Shown here: one piece after another, positions 44,624 through 53,764 of the stretch | Layout of the letters: the number at the start of each line of letters is the position of its first letter | Position numbering within the stretch: the first letter of the stretch is position 1 | Source: an uncultured Gammaproteobacteria bacterium | GTDB lineage: Bacteria > Pseudomonadota > Gammaproteobacteria > Xanthomonadales > SZUA-36 | Length of the DNA stretch: 64,000 nt | Assembly (NCBI GenBank): GCA_963759155.1 | Contig: CAVWXX010000027.1 | Span: 136,144-200,143, forward strand | Direction: 5' to 3' | Notes under the pieces: generated by a model | Database searches by the model: none | Seen by the model: only the letters and a program-made list of their open reading frames with translations | What the model was told of the DNA's origin: nothing | Program-made: the position numbers and the translations under genes

Positions 44624-45279
44624 GTTCTCTCCGTGTGTTTAATCAAACCCTGCACAATCAGGTACTGGGCGGTCATGTAAATGGACATTATCAGGATTCG
44701 TTCAAAAGGTACTTCAAAGGCAAATTTATTGATCGCGATCAGACCGTCTGAAAGCGCAAACAGGATTGCACCGATGGCAACAAGCTGGAAACTGGCAGAG
44801 GAGGTTGCACCCCTGCGTTTGTGGGCCCACACGCCCATCGCCAGGAGCACCAGGGCATAGATCAGTACGGGAATCAGCAGGTCGCCGAGACCCGGATAAA
44901 TAACCCAAATCAATACGACCCCGTAAGCTACAAATTTGACGACATCCAGCGTTTTCAGTTCACCGGTGGCGGCGCCGGTTTTCTGGTAAGCGATGATGTA
45001 GAAAATGTGAGCGATCAGAAATGAAACCAGTCCGGCGATGAACCATTCGCTGGAGATCAGGAACACGTCTCCGGCCCAGGAAAAAACCAGCGCTGCCATG
45101 ACGTAAAAACGCCAGCGTGGATAACCTTTTGTTGCGCTGGCAAAGTAAAGCAAAAGGGTAATCATCAATAATGGCTTGGCGGACATATAGAGGACCGGCA
45201 GACCAAACAAAAGACCCGCCAATACAGCTACGGCCGAGATCGCATACAGAATCCGCCAGTCTGGTTTCATGTTTCTCAA
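44620..45279 (-). CDS. YhhN-family membrane protein (lysoplasmalogenase family)
   Basis: 219 aa, multi-TM, with YhhN-like motifs (SWAGDVFL, LSDGLIAINKF). 4-nt overlap with the M14 gene start. Confidence 0.7.
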   Translation of the reverse strand: MRNMKPDWRILYAISAVAVLAGLLFGLPVLYMSAKPLLMITLLLYFASATKGYPRWRFYVMAALVFSWAGDVFLISSEWFIAGLVSFLIAHIFYIIAYQKTGAATGELKTLDVVKFVAYGVVLIWVIYPGLGDLLIPVLIYALVLLAMGVWAHKRRGATSSASFQLVAIGAILFALSDGLIAINKFAFEVPFERILIMSIYMTAQYLIVQGLIKHTERT

Positions 45280-45406
45280 GCTTGTATTTTTATATCCTGC
45301 GGGATTCCCGGTCGTGGGCGAAATTATAGACTCTTTTACTGCATATCTGTGGCATCAGTCGTAAAATTATACGGATTAAATTTCACCGCAATACCAAGGA
45401 GCATTT

Positions 45407-46534
45407 ATGTCACGTATTACCGTGGTCGGCGCTGGATTTGGAGCCCTGACAGCCATTCGTAAGTTACGTGCCGGTGACCCGGATATACAGATTGATGTCG
45501 TGGCGCCCAAACCCGAATTTGTCTATTACCCCGGCACCATCTGGATACCCACGGGATTGCGTAAACCTGAAGACCTGGTCGTGCCCCTGGATAATTTTTT
45601 CCGTCGTATGAAGGTGAATTTTCACAAGGCGGAGGTCACAGGTTTAAGAGACGCGGGGCGCACGCTGGAAAGCAGTATTGGCGATATCAGTAATGATGGA
45701 CTGATCATTGCCTCGGGCGGTCGATTTATACGCAAGTTACCCGGTATCGAGCATTCAATTACACCCTGTGGTGGAATCGATGCGACCGTCAAGATACGTG
45801 ACCGCCTCGCTGCAATGGAAGGCGGCACCATCGCTTTTGGTTTTTCAGGCAACCCTAAAGAACCAACGGCAATGCGCGGTGGGCCGGTTTTTGAGTTTTT
45901 ATTTGGTATCGACAACTGGTTGCGGAAACAGGGCAGGCGTGACAAATTCAAATTGGTGTTTTTCACACCGGCGCCTAAACCGGGCGCGCGTCTTGGTCCG
46001 AAAGCGGTTCAGGGTATCCTGTCCGAAATGGCCAAGCGGGATATCGTTACCCACCTCGGGCACAAGATGAAGGCCTTCGAGGCCAATAAAGTGATTACAG
46101 AGGCTACCGCGTTCGAGGCGGATTTGATTCTATTTATGCCGGGCATGACGGGTAATCTCTGGTTCGACAACACGGAATTGCCGAGATCTGAAGGTGGTCT
46201 GATCAAGGCTAATGGGCATTGTCAGGTTGAGGGCATGGACAAGGTTTATGTCGCCGGTGATTCCGGAAGCTTCCCCGGTCCTGACTGGATGCCAAAACAA
46301 GCCCACATGGCAGACCTGCAGGCCAGCACCGCCGCTGCAAACCTATTGGCGGAACTGGCCGGTAAAACCGCCAGTGAATCCTTCAAGGTCGAGCTGCTTT
46401 GTATTATCGACAGTTACAACAAGGGCATGCTGGTAGCACGCACGCCAAAGCGTAATTTCATACTGCCGCAAATGCTGCCCTTGCATTGGGTCAAACGCTA
46501 TTTTGAGTGGATGTATTTGCGGAAATATCGCTGA
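45407..46534 (+). CDS. NAD(P)/FAD-dependent oxidoreductase, short SQR-like paralog
   Basis: 375 aa. GAGFGALT dinucleotide fold, GD motif VYVAGDS, and a Cys in LLCIIDSYNKG that aligns with the C-terminal SQR cysteine. Confidence 0.7.
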   Translation: MSRITVVGAGFGALTAIRKLRAGDPDIQIDVVAPKPEFVYYPGTIWIPTGLRKPEDLVVPLDNFFRRMKVNFHKAEVTGLRDAGRTLESSIGDISNDGLIIASGGRFIRKLPGIEHSITPCGGIDATVKIRDRLAAMEGGTIAFGFSGNPKEPTAMRGGPVFEFLFGIDNWLRKQGRRDKFKLVFFTPAPKPGARLGPKAVQGILSEMAKRDIVTHLGHKMKAFEANKVITEATAFEADLILFMPGMTGNLWFDNTELPRSEGGLIKANGHCQVEGMDKVYVAGDSGSFPGPDWMPKQAHMADLQASTAAANLLAELAGKTASESFKVELLCIIDSYNKGMLVARTPKRNFILPQMLPLHWVKRYFEWMYLRKYR

Positions 46535-46688
46535 TGACTCATTTGGGCGGCTAAGAAAGTTTCATAATTGGCTGCGGCCGCTTGTAATGAGATATCTACT
46601 TTTTAAGAGTTAACCCAATTGCCAGTCGACATTTGAAATAGGATTATACGACCGGAGTTAGCTCCACTACCTTCGAGTTGTGATATTT

Positions 46689-47102
46689 TTACTCGACTGG
46701 TTTTGCGCGCAGTTTCTTTAAAGAACCACGCTGTTTCTTGGTATCCATCCGCCTTTCTTTTGCTGCACGACCAGGCCGCGTGGGTATGCGTTTTCGGGGA
46801 ACCTTTAAAGCGCTTTTGATTAAATCTGTAAGTCGCGTGAGCGCTTCGTTTCGGTTTTTTTCCTGGGTGCGGTGATTCTGAGCCTTGATAACGATTATGC
46901 CGTCCGTCGTGATGCGCTTGTCATTTGTTGTCAGCAGTCGCTGTTTGACGGCCCCGGGTAGCGAGGATGCTTCTATATCAAAACGCAGATGGATGGCAGA
47001 CGAGACCTTGTTGACGTTTTGGCCGCCGGCGCCCTGGGCGCGAATCGCGGTGATTTCGACTTCATCCTCGCCAATACTGACCTGGTCGCTGATTTTCAAC
47101 AT
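46689..47102 (-). CDS. arfB: alternative ribosome-rescue factor ArfB (peptidyl-tRNA hydrolase)
   Basis: 137 aa. GGQ motif GAGGQNVNKVSSA and a basic C-terminal tail. Confidence 0.9.
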   Translation of the reverse strand: MLKISDQVSIGEDEVEITAIRAQGAGGQNVNKVSSAIHLRFDIEASSLPGAVKQRLLTTNDKRITTDGIIVIKAQNHRTQEKNRNEALTRLTDLIKSALKVPRKRIPTRPGRAAKERRMDTKKQRGSLKKLRAKPVE

Positions 47103-47139
47103 ACCGTATTGTAAGGGAATAAGAGGCTGGGAATAAGGG

Positions 47140-47173
47140 GGCCAGGTTCATCTACAAATCAATGAACCTGGCC
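47140..47173. terminator. 12-bp hairpin between sqr and arfB (possible terminator or attenuator)
   Basis: GGCCAGGTTCAT / ATGAACCTGGCC with a 10-nt loop. There is no clear T-tract on the minus strand. Confidence 0.35.
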
Positions 47174-47188
47174 TCTTTGTGCATAGGG

Positions 47189-48475
47189 CTAATCTTTTAG
47201 CCGGTTGAGTCCCATCACTTTTAACATCAGTTTCTGGAATAGCGGGTCAGTTGAGCCACGCTTGATATTAAAAATAAAGTACTTCTCAAATGCGATCTTC
47301 GACCAGTGAACCCATTTACCTTTTTTCGCCCACGTAACATTACGTGGCGGAATCTGCGGGACCGCGATAAATGCTGCACCGGTGTCACCCATGTCTGCCA
47401 GGCAGAAGGCGTTCCAGGTGGCTACCTTCTCGGGTGTATTGCCCTTGATGTGGTTGGAGATATTGTGTGCAGTCGCGGCAACCATGGATTCGATCATGTA
47501 ACCCGTCTTTGGCGTGCCGGTCGGAACCGGGGTGGCTTCAACCGGTGGGATGGCGATACAAACACCCAGTGAGTAAATATTGTTCCACTTCGGGTTACGC
47601 TGAAACTCATCCACCTTTACAAAGCCGCGTGGGTTAACCAGGTCTTCACCTACATTGTTCACGGCATCGATACCGAGGAAGGCTGGCAACATCATGGAGT
47701 AGTTGAACGGCAGTTCATGCTGTTTGATAACCTCGCCCTGGTTATTGTGCTCATCTACAAACATCATGCCTTTCTCAATCCTGGTCACCTTGGCATTGGT
47801 GATCCAGCTGATGTGACGTTGACGGAATTCGGACTCCAGTAAGCCCTTGGAGTTACCAACACCACCGAGACCAAGGTGACCGATATAGGGCTCGGAAGTT
47901 ACGTAGGTCATGGGCACACGGTCACGGATTTTGCGTTTGCGCAAATCGGTATCCATGATGGTCGCAAATTCATAGGCAGGGCCGAAGCAGGAAGCACCCT
48001 GAACGGCACCGACCACGATCGGTCCCGGGTTATGTGTAAATTCCTGCCACGACTCCCACGCCTTTTCGGCGTGAGCAATGGTACAGACAGACTCTGTAAA
48101 ACCCTCCGGTCCCAAACCTTCCACCTCGTGGAAAGCGAGTGCCGGTCCGGTGGCAATGACAAGATAGTCGTAGTCAAGCGTGTCACCGTTTTCAAGTTGC
48201 AGTTGATTATCATCGGGTTTGATTTCCGTCACTGCGCTGTGAATAAAATCGATCCCTTTTCTCTGCAGTGGGTTTTTCAGTGGGAAACCGGTATCTGCGC
48301 GTTTACGCCAGCCTACGGCAACCCAGGGGTTGGACGGCACAAAACTGAAATCCGCGGTATTGGATACAACGGTGACCTTATGATCACCCGGCGTGTCTTT
48401 TTGCAATATTTCCTGTATTTCGAAAGCGGCGGGCAGTCCGCCGATGTTGGCGCCGACGATTGCAATATGTGCCAT
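47189..48475 (-). CDS. sqr: sulfide:quinone oxidoreductase
   Basis: 428 aa. FAD fold IAIVGANIGG, and the SQR cysteine contexts GASCFGPAYEF and AFCLADMGDTGA. Confidence 0.85.
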   Translation of the reverse strand: MAHIAIVGANIGGLPAAFEIQEILQKDTPGDHKVTVVSNTADFSFVPSNPWVAVGWRKRADTGFPLKNPLQRKGIDFIHSAVTEIKPDDNQLQLENGDTLDYDYLVIATGPALAFHEVEGLGPEGFTESVCTIAHAEKAWESWQEFTHNPGPIVVGAVQGASCFGPAYEFATIMDTDLRKRKIRDRVPMTYVTSEPYIGHLGLGGVGNSKGLLESEFRQRHISWITNAKVTRIEKGMMFVDEHNNQGEVIKQHELPFNYSMMLPAFLGIDAVNNVGEDLVNPRGFVKVDEFQRNPKWNNIYSLGVCIAIPPVEATPVPTGTPKTGYMIESMVAATAHNISNHIKGNTPEKVATWNAFCLADMGDTGAAFIAVPQIPPRNVTWAKKGKWVHWSKIAFEKYFIFNIKRGSTDPLFQKLMLKVMGLNRLKD

Positions 48476-48548
48476 ATGAAGTCCACTCCTGGTTCAGGCA
48501 GAAGAGGGCGTGTGAGACTACCCCTCCCACGGTTTTTAGATGTGAAGA

Positions 48549-48577
48549 TATTTATAGCACAAGTTTTTTATAGTCAA
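48549..48577 (-). promoter_or_regulatory. putative sigma70 promoter of sqr (TTGACT-17-TAAATA)
   Basis: On the minus strand, TTGACT lies at 48577-48572 and TAAATA at 48554-48549, with an AGGAG Shine-Dalgarno before the ATG. Identified by motif only. Confidence 0.35.
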
Positions 48578-48634
48578 TTTGCTCTGGATCAACTTGCTCT
48601 GGATCAATTAGCTCCGGATCAAACTTCCAGGCTT
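48575..48634. repeat. tandem 15-nt repeats (3 good copies plus 1 degenerate)
   Basis: CAATTTGCTCTGGAT / CAACTTGCTCTGGAT / CAATTAGCTCCGGAT / CAAACTTCCAGGCTT, lying between the hoxW stop and the sqr -35 element. Confidence 0.85.
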
Positions 48635-48640
48635 CGCCGG

Positions 48641-49126
48641 CTAACAGTGTTTGATCCACTCGCCATCGATAATGTATTGATAGGCCAACTCAAGGTTACG
48701 TCTGGCAGCTTCACTCATCTCCAGGCCAAGACCGAACTTGTAGGCCCTGATGGTGAGAAGGTAGGCGGGTGGCGCCTCTTGCTGATTGATCTGTTTGTAG
48801 ACCGCCAGCACCGCGGCCGGGCTCATCGCATGGGTGGTGAAACTGTCGTCTCTCTCGGCCTGAAGCTGGTGCATCTCAAACGGCTCCGCACATGACACGC
48901 CGGCGTCAATGAACAAGATACATTGACGCCCTTCCAGGTCGACAGCGTGTTCAATCTGCAACTGGAAATCAGTCAGTAAGTCCACTTCATCGAGGTCATT
49001 GGATTCGCGTTGATGCCTTTCAAGCCTGTCGAACATGGCCGGTCCCAGTGCATCGTCACCACGCGAGGGGTTGCCATAAGTAAAGATCAGAACGGGGGCG
49101 GGTGTTTGCCTGCCGCTCACTTGCAT
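48641..49126 (-). CDS. hoxW: hydrogenase maturation endopeptidase
   Basis: 161 aa with GNPSRGDDALGP, immediately downstream of hoxH. Confidence 0.85.
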   Translation of the reverse strand: MQVSGRQTPAPVLIFTYGNPSRGDDALGPAMFDRLERHQRESNDLDEVDLLTDFQLQIEHAVDLEGRQCILFIDAGVSCAEPFEMHQLQAERDDSFTTHAMSPAAVLAVYKQINQQEAPPAYLLTIRAYKFGLGLEMSEAARRNLELAYQYIIDGEWIKHC

Positions 49127-49129
49127 TCC

Positions 49130-50620
49130 TCAGAGCGTTCTGTTGATTTGACCGTTTACTCTTTTCTCAAGCTGATCGATCAGCTCACCACTGTCATCAA
49201 CCAGGTTCAGCTGCATTGGCATTTTGCCGATCGCATGGGTTGCGCAGGACAGGCAGGGGTCATAGGCGCGAATCGCCACCTCCACCTGGTTCAGCAGCGC
49301 CTCACTCAAACGGTGTCCATCCAGGTACTGGTTAGCTACCTTGCGGATAGACTCGTTCATAGCCTGGTTGTTGTTGGTGGTTGATACGATCAGGCTGGCC
49401 TTTTCAACGATTCCCTGATCATCAATTTCGTAGTGGTGAAACAGGGTGCCGCGCGGTGCTTCAATGACGCCGGTGCCGGCGCGCTGTAACTCGCCCTTTG
49501 TGCGCAAATCCTTGCCCATGAGATCATTGTCGCATAGCAACTCAGCGATGGCCTCGGTGCAATGCAGCAGTTCGATCAGCCTGGCCCAGTGATAGCCCAT
49601 GGTTGACTGTACCGGCAGACCATTACCAATCGCCAGGAATTCCCTTCGTTGGGTTTCTGCCAACGGGGTTGAAATAAAGTCACAGTTGTTGATACGGGCC
49701 AATGGACCGACCCGGTACCAGCCTTCCTCTTCACCCAGTGAGGTGATGAACGGGAACTTCATATAGCTCCAGTCCTTCACGCTTTCGCGGATATAGTCGT
49801 TGTAATTTCTATAATCGATGTGGTCAAAAATGGTTTCACCCAAATGATCTCTTGCGCGCAATCCACCGTGATAGAGTTCGAATGCACCATCGGCCCGGAC
49901 CTGGCTCATCATGCTGGTTTCGATAGCGGCAAATGCCATGTTGTAGTCGTACTGTTCAAAAAACACCTTTTTTATCAGTTCAACAGCACCCTGAGCCCAG
50001 CCGATCATCTGGGCGATATCAGTCTGCAGGTAGCGTATTTCATTCAGCCTCAGTGACTTGTTGACACCACCCGGTATGGCGCCGGTGCCGTGAATTCGCT
50101 TTCCGGCCGTTACACGGATAACTTCCTGTCCGTATTTACGCAGCAGAACACCCTGTTTTGCGAGTTCGGGGCTGTCCTCAATGACACCGACAATGTTGCG
50201 GTGATGGACCTCGTCATCGTGGCCGAACAAGAGGTCAGGTGAGCACAGGTGGAAAAAGTGCAGGGCATGTGACTGCATCGTCTGTCCAAAATGCATCAAA
50301 CGACGAATCTTTTCCGCCGTTGGTGTCAGTTCACGTGCACCAACGATCATATCGGTTGCTTTTGCAGCAGCGAGGTGATGGCTGACGGGACAAATGCCAC
50401 ACAGACGTTGTACCAGTACCGGTAACTCCCAATAAGGCCTTCCCTGTATGAATTTTTCAAACCCTCTGAATTCAGTGATGTGAAGACGTGCCTGCCGGAT
50501 GTTGCGGTTTTTGCCCTGCAGCAATGTGACCTTGCCGTGTCCCTCGACACGTGTCAGGGGCTCAATAACAATACGCTTCAAGTCTTGAGGGTCTGTTGCT
50601 GTTTCCAATGCTGATGTCAT
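49130..50620 (-). CDS. hoxH: [NiFe] hydrogenase large subunit, NAD-reducing (group 3d) type
   Basis: RVEGHG, RLCGICPVSHH and the C-terminal DPCLSCATH followed by a cleavable extension. Confidence 0.92.
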   Translation of the reverse strand: MTSALETATDPQDLKRIVIEPLTRVEGHGKVTLLQGKNRNIRQARLHITEFRGFEKFIQGRPYWELPVLVQRLCGICPVSHHLAAAKATDMIVGARELTPTAEKIRRLMHFGQTMQSHALHFFHLCSPDLLFGHDDEVHHRNIVGVIEDSPELAKQGVLLRKYGQEVIRVTAGKRIHGTGAIPGGVNKSLRLNEIRYLQTDIAQMIGWAQGAVELIKKVFFEQYDYNMAFAAIETSMMSQVRADGAFELYHGGLRARDHLGETIFDHIDYRNYNDYIRESVKDWSYMKFPFITSLGEEEGWYRVGPLARINNCDFISTPLAETQRREFLAIGNGLPVQSTMGYHWARLIELLHCTEAIAELLCDNDLMGKDLRTKGELQRAGTGVIEAPRGTLFHHYEIDDQGIVEKASLIVSTTNNNQAMNESIRKVANQYLDGHRLSEALLNQVEVAIRAYDPCLSCATHAIGKMPMQLNLVDDSGELIDQLEKRVNGQINRTL

Positions 50621-50665
50621 CTCGATTTCTCTTTATCGGTCTGTCAGTGAATTAGTCATCACGAA

Positions 50666-51235
50666 TTAGTCATAGTGAATCAGTGAATACGGGAAGTTGA
50701 CGGCGTTGCCCGCGATGACCTCGGTCAGGAACAACCAGAGCGCGTCGGCTGCTGGCGGGCACCCGGGCAGGAAATAATCTACGCGCACGACCTCGTGTAT
50801 CGGATGCACCTTGTCGAGTAATAAAGGGATTTCCACGTCATTGGGTACGTGCGGGTTCTCCACACCGATGCCGTGGATGTAGGCCTCTTCGAGGCAGTCC
50901 TTCAGGTCAAACTGGTTACGCATGGTCGGAACGCCACCATTGACGGCGCAGGCGCCCACAGCCACCAGAACGTCGCAATTGTTGCGAAACTCACGCAGGA
51001 CCTCAACGTTGTCAACATTGGCAACGCCGCCCTCGATCAACCCGATATCACACTTGCCAACGGTTTTTATGTCGGTCAATGGCGTGCGATCGAACTCGAC
51101 CAGTTCGACCAGTTGCAGGATTCGTTCATCGATATCCAGCAACGACATATGGCAGCCGAAACACCCGCATAAAGCGGCTGTGGCGACAATCAGTTTTTCT
51201 TTGGGTCTGGCTTCGGCTAATTGAACGTCATTCAT
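50666..51235 (-). CDS. hoxY: [NiFe] hydrogenase small subunit
   Basis: CGCFGCHMSLLD, GACAVNGG and LPGCPP. ATG at 51235 overlaps the hoxU stop by 8 nt; the track start at 51328 is an extension. Confidence 0.88.
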   Translation of the reverse strand: MNDVQLAEARPKEKLIVATAALCGCFGCHMSLLDIDERILQLVELVEFDRTPLTDIKTVGKCDIGLIEGGVANVDNVEVLREFRNNCDVLVAVGACAVNGGVPTMRNQFDLKDCLEEAYIHGIGVENPHVPNDVEIPLLLDKVHPIHEVVRVDYFLPGCPPAADALWLFLTEVIAGNAVNFPYSLIHYD

Positions 51236-51980
51236 CTGGACCACCATTGATAAAGGGCTTTTTCGCTGAATGATGCTTGGCGGCATCACCGACCACGCTG
51301 ATGGGCAGGCAATCGTAAAGACGCTCACCTACCGGGGTTTCATAGCCCAGATGCTTGGGCAATATCGCGCCGGTTGGACAGACAGAGACCGCCTTGTCGG
51401 TGATCGCAAGTTGCGTATCCACAGCCTTGCCGCTGGGTGAATTGAATATGATCCTGGTTCTGTGACCGCGACCGCTCAACGAGAATACGGACTTCTTGTC
51501 AATGTCACGGCTGACACGGACACAAAGACCACACAGAATGCAGCGGTTGAAGTAGAAAACAATGTCCGGATGTGATGCATCAATTGACCGCTTGGGGAAG
51601 AAGTGCGTGAAATGCGGGTTCAACATGCCGGTCTGGTAGGCCACGGCCTGTAACTGGCAGGCGCCGCTCTTTTCACAGGCAGGACAGATGTGGTTACCTT
51701 CAACAAACAGCATCTGCAAGAGTGTCCGCCGTTTGTCAACAATGGCCTCGGAGCTGTTGTCCACCTCCATACCTTCGCCAGCGGGCAAGGTGCAGGAACA
51801 CTGGTGTTTACCATTGACATCAACCACGCAAATCCGGCAACTGCCATGTGGTTTATAATCGGGGTTGTGACACAGGTGCGGAATGTATTCACCGGCCCTC
51901 AGGGCGGCGTCCATGACGGTCTCACCGTCCTCAAAGGGTATTTCTTTACCATCGAGTCTGAATGTTTTTTCCGTGCTCAT
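51228..51980 (-). CDS. hoxU: NAD-reducing hydrogenase diaphorase Fe-S subunit (NuoG-like)
   Basis: 2Fe-2S motif CHNPDYKPHGSCRICVV, plus CPACEKSGACQLQ and CILCGLCVRV. Confidence 0.88.
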   Translation of the reverse strand: MSTEKTFRLDGKEIPFEDGETVMDAALRAGEYIPHLCHNPDYKPHGSCRICVVDVNGKHQCSCTLPAGEGMEVDNSSEAIVDKRRTLLQMLFVEGNHICPACEKSGACQLQAVAYQTGMLNPHFTHFFPKRSIDASHPDIVFYFNRCILCGLCVRVSRDIDKKSVFSLSGRGHRTRIIFNSPSGKAVDTQLAITDKAVSVCPTGAILPKHLGYETPVGERLYDCLPISVVGDAAKHHSAKKPFINGGPDE

Positions 51981-53764
51981 CGTTCATACCTGATATGTGC
52001 GGCCTCGTCATCTCGTCCGGTGATATGCCTGGAAACCTCCAGTGCAGCATCAAGGTCGAACGCCGGTTCGTAACTGCGGTTCAGCAGACGTTTCGAATAA
52101 ATGCCGGGAAACTTTTCCAGGGTATCCAGTATTGAGTTGGGCGCCGTTGTGCCGAGTCCACAATGGGCCGTTTTTTGCATGAGATGGCCAATCTTTTTCA
52201 TCTCTTCAAGGTCGTAAGCGGTCGCGTGGCCGACCATGACTTTATTGAGAAGATTTTCCATCAACGTGCCACCAATACGGCAGGGCGTGCAGAATCCACA
52301 ACTTTCATGACAGAAAAACCGGTTGAAATTCTGAACCATGTCAAGCAGGTCACGTTGCTGGTTAAAGATCATGAAAGAGCCGCCGGTCGGGACATCCTCA
52401 AAGGCAATGGTGCGATAAAACTCCTGCGGTGGAATGGTGAATCCAGCAGCCCCGGATACCTGAACTGCCTGGGTGTCCTCGGCACCGCAATCTTCCAGAA
52501 TCTGTCGAATTGAAACACCGTACGGATACTCGTAGATACCTGGCCAGGCACAATCACCGCTGATACTCAGTAGCTTGGTGCCACAGGATTGCTCCGTACC
52601 GGCGGATTGGAACCAGTCGGCGCCAAACACCGCTATTCGCGCCGCGGCGACAAATGTTTCGACGTTATTGACCACCGAGGGTTGATTTTTATAGCCATGT
52701 GTCACGGGGAAGGGCGGGCGGTTTCGCGGAATACCGCGTTTACCCTCAAGTGATTCGATGAGTGCTGATTCCTCGCCACAAATGTAAGCACCCGCACCCA
52801 TGTGTATATCGATGTCGAAATTAAAGCCCTTGCGTCCAAGGATGTCCTTACCCAGCAGGCCGGCATCGCGCCGATCCTGCAGTAGGCTCTCCAGCGCAGG
52901 CCGCAGATAAAGGTATTCACCCCGCAGGTACAGGAACCCCTTTGTTGCGCCTATGACACCTGCACACATGGTCATGCCCTCGAAGACTACATTGGCATAA
53001 CTGTTAAGCAGAATCCTGTCCTTGAATGTGCCCGGTTCGCCTTCGTCGGCATTACAGATGACGTAATGTTCCTGCCCCGGGGCATCGCGGCAGAAACGCC
53101 ATTTGGTTGCGGTCTTGAAACCGGCACCGCCACGCCCGCGTAATCCTGACTTATCGATAGACTCCAGCAGGGCATCACTGCCCCTGACAGCAAAGGCTTC
53201 AATGGCGCTGCCACGGGTGATCACATCATCGAGGAGCTTGTCGCGGCGTTGAATGTTGTCTTTGATCACAAAGAACTTCTTTGGCCATTTGGTAATGGGG
53301 ATACCAGCCTCAATGAGCCCGACCATTTTGTGAATGCGATCTTCGTCCAGGCGGGAAACTGCCATGCCATTAACCAGCAAGGCCGGCCCCTGGTCACAGA
53401 TGCCGGTACATGAAGTAAGGTCAACGCTTACACGTCCATCTTCCCTTGGCTTACCGGGCTCAACACCCAGCTTTTTGCACAGGCTCTCGAGCAGGGGAAG
53501 GCTACCCAGCATTCTGTCAGTGATGTTGTCACTGAAGCGAATATCGAAATCACCCCGGTCACTCGTATGCAAAAATGCATAGAAATAGGCAATCGAAACA
53601 ATTTCTACCCGGGGCATATTCAAGTGCTCAGAGAGCAGTTGGATGGCCTCTTCCGGTATGTGGGAATATTGGTGTTGAATGCTGCAAAGATGTTGCAGTA
53701 ACAGGTCAGGCGCATTATCCGTGTCGGATAGGAGCCCACTTACAAAGCGGCTGATATCACTCAT
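51977..53764 (-). CDS. hoxF: NAD-reducing hydrogenase diaphorase subunit (NuoE-NuoF fusion)
   Basis: FMN/NADH motifs GRGGAGF and GAGAYICGEESALIESLEG, plus the 4Fe-4S motif ESCGFCTPCR. ATG at 53764; the track start at 53785 is TTG. Confidence 0.9.
   Translation of the reverse strand: MSDISRFVSGLLSDTDNAPDLLLQHLCSIQHQYSHIPEEAIQLLSEHLNMPRVEIVSIAYFYAFLHTSDRGDFDIRFSDNITDRMLGSLPLLESLCKKLGVEPGKPREDGRVSVDLTSCTGICDQGPALLVNGMAVSRLDEDRIHKMVGLIEAGIPITKWPKKFFVIKDNIQRRDKLLDDVITRGSAIEAFAVRGSDALLESIDKSGLRGRGGAGFKTATKWRFCRDAPGQEHYVICNADEGEPGTFKDRILLNSYANVVFEGMTMCAGVIGATKGFLYLRGEYLYLRPALESLLQDRRDAGLLGKDILGRKGFNFDIDIHMGAGAYICGEESALIESLEGKRGIPRNRPPFPVTHGYKNQPSVVNNVETFVAAARIAVFGADWFQSAGTEQSCGTKLLSISGDCAWPGIYEYPYGVSIRQILEDCGAEDTQAVQVSGAAGFTIPPQEFYRTIAFEDVPTGGSFMIFNQQRDLLDMVQNFNRFFCHESCGFCTPCRIGGTLMENLLNKVMVGHATAYDLEEMKKIGHLMQKTAHCGLGTTAPNSILDTLEKFPGIYSKRLLNRSYEPAFDLDAALEVSRHITGRDDEAAHIRYER

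Noticed and set aside
47876-48895. 339-aa plus-strand ORF
   Set aside because: It lies entirely antisense to sqr and the hoxW 3' end. Its composition is low-complexity and Arg/Gly-rich, it has no recognisable motifs, and it reads through the 15-nt tandem repeats as QFALDQLALDQLAPDQ. It is a shadow ORF of well-supported minus-strand genes.
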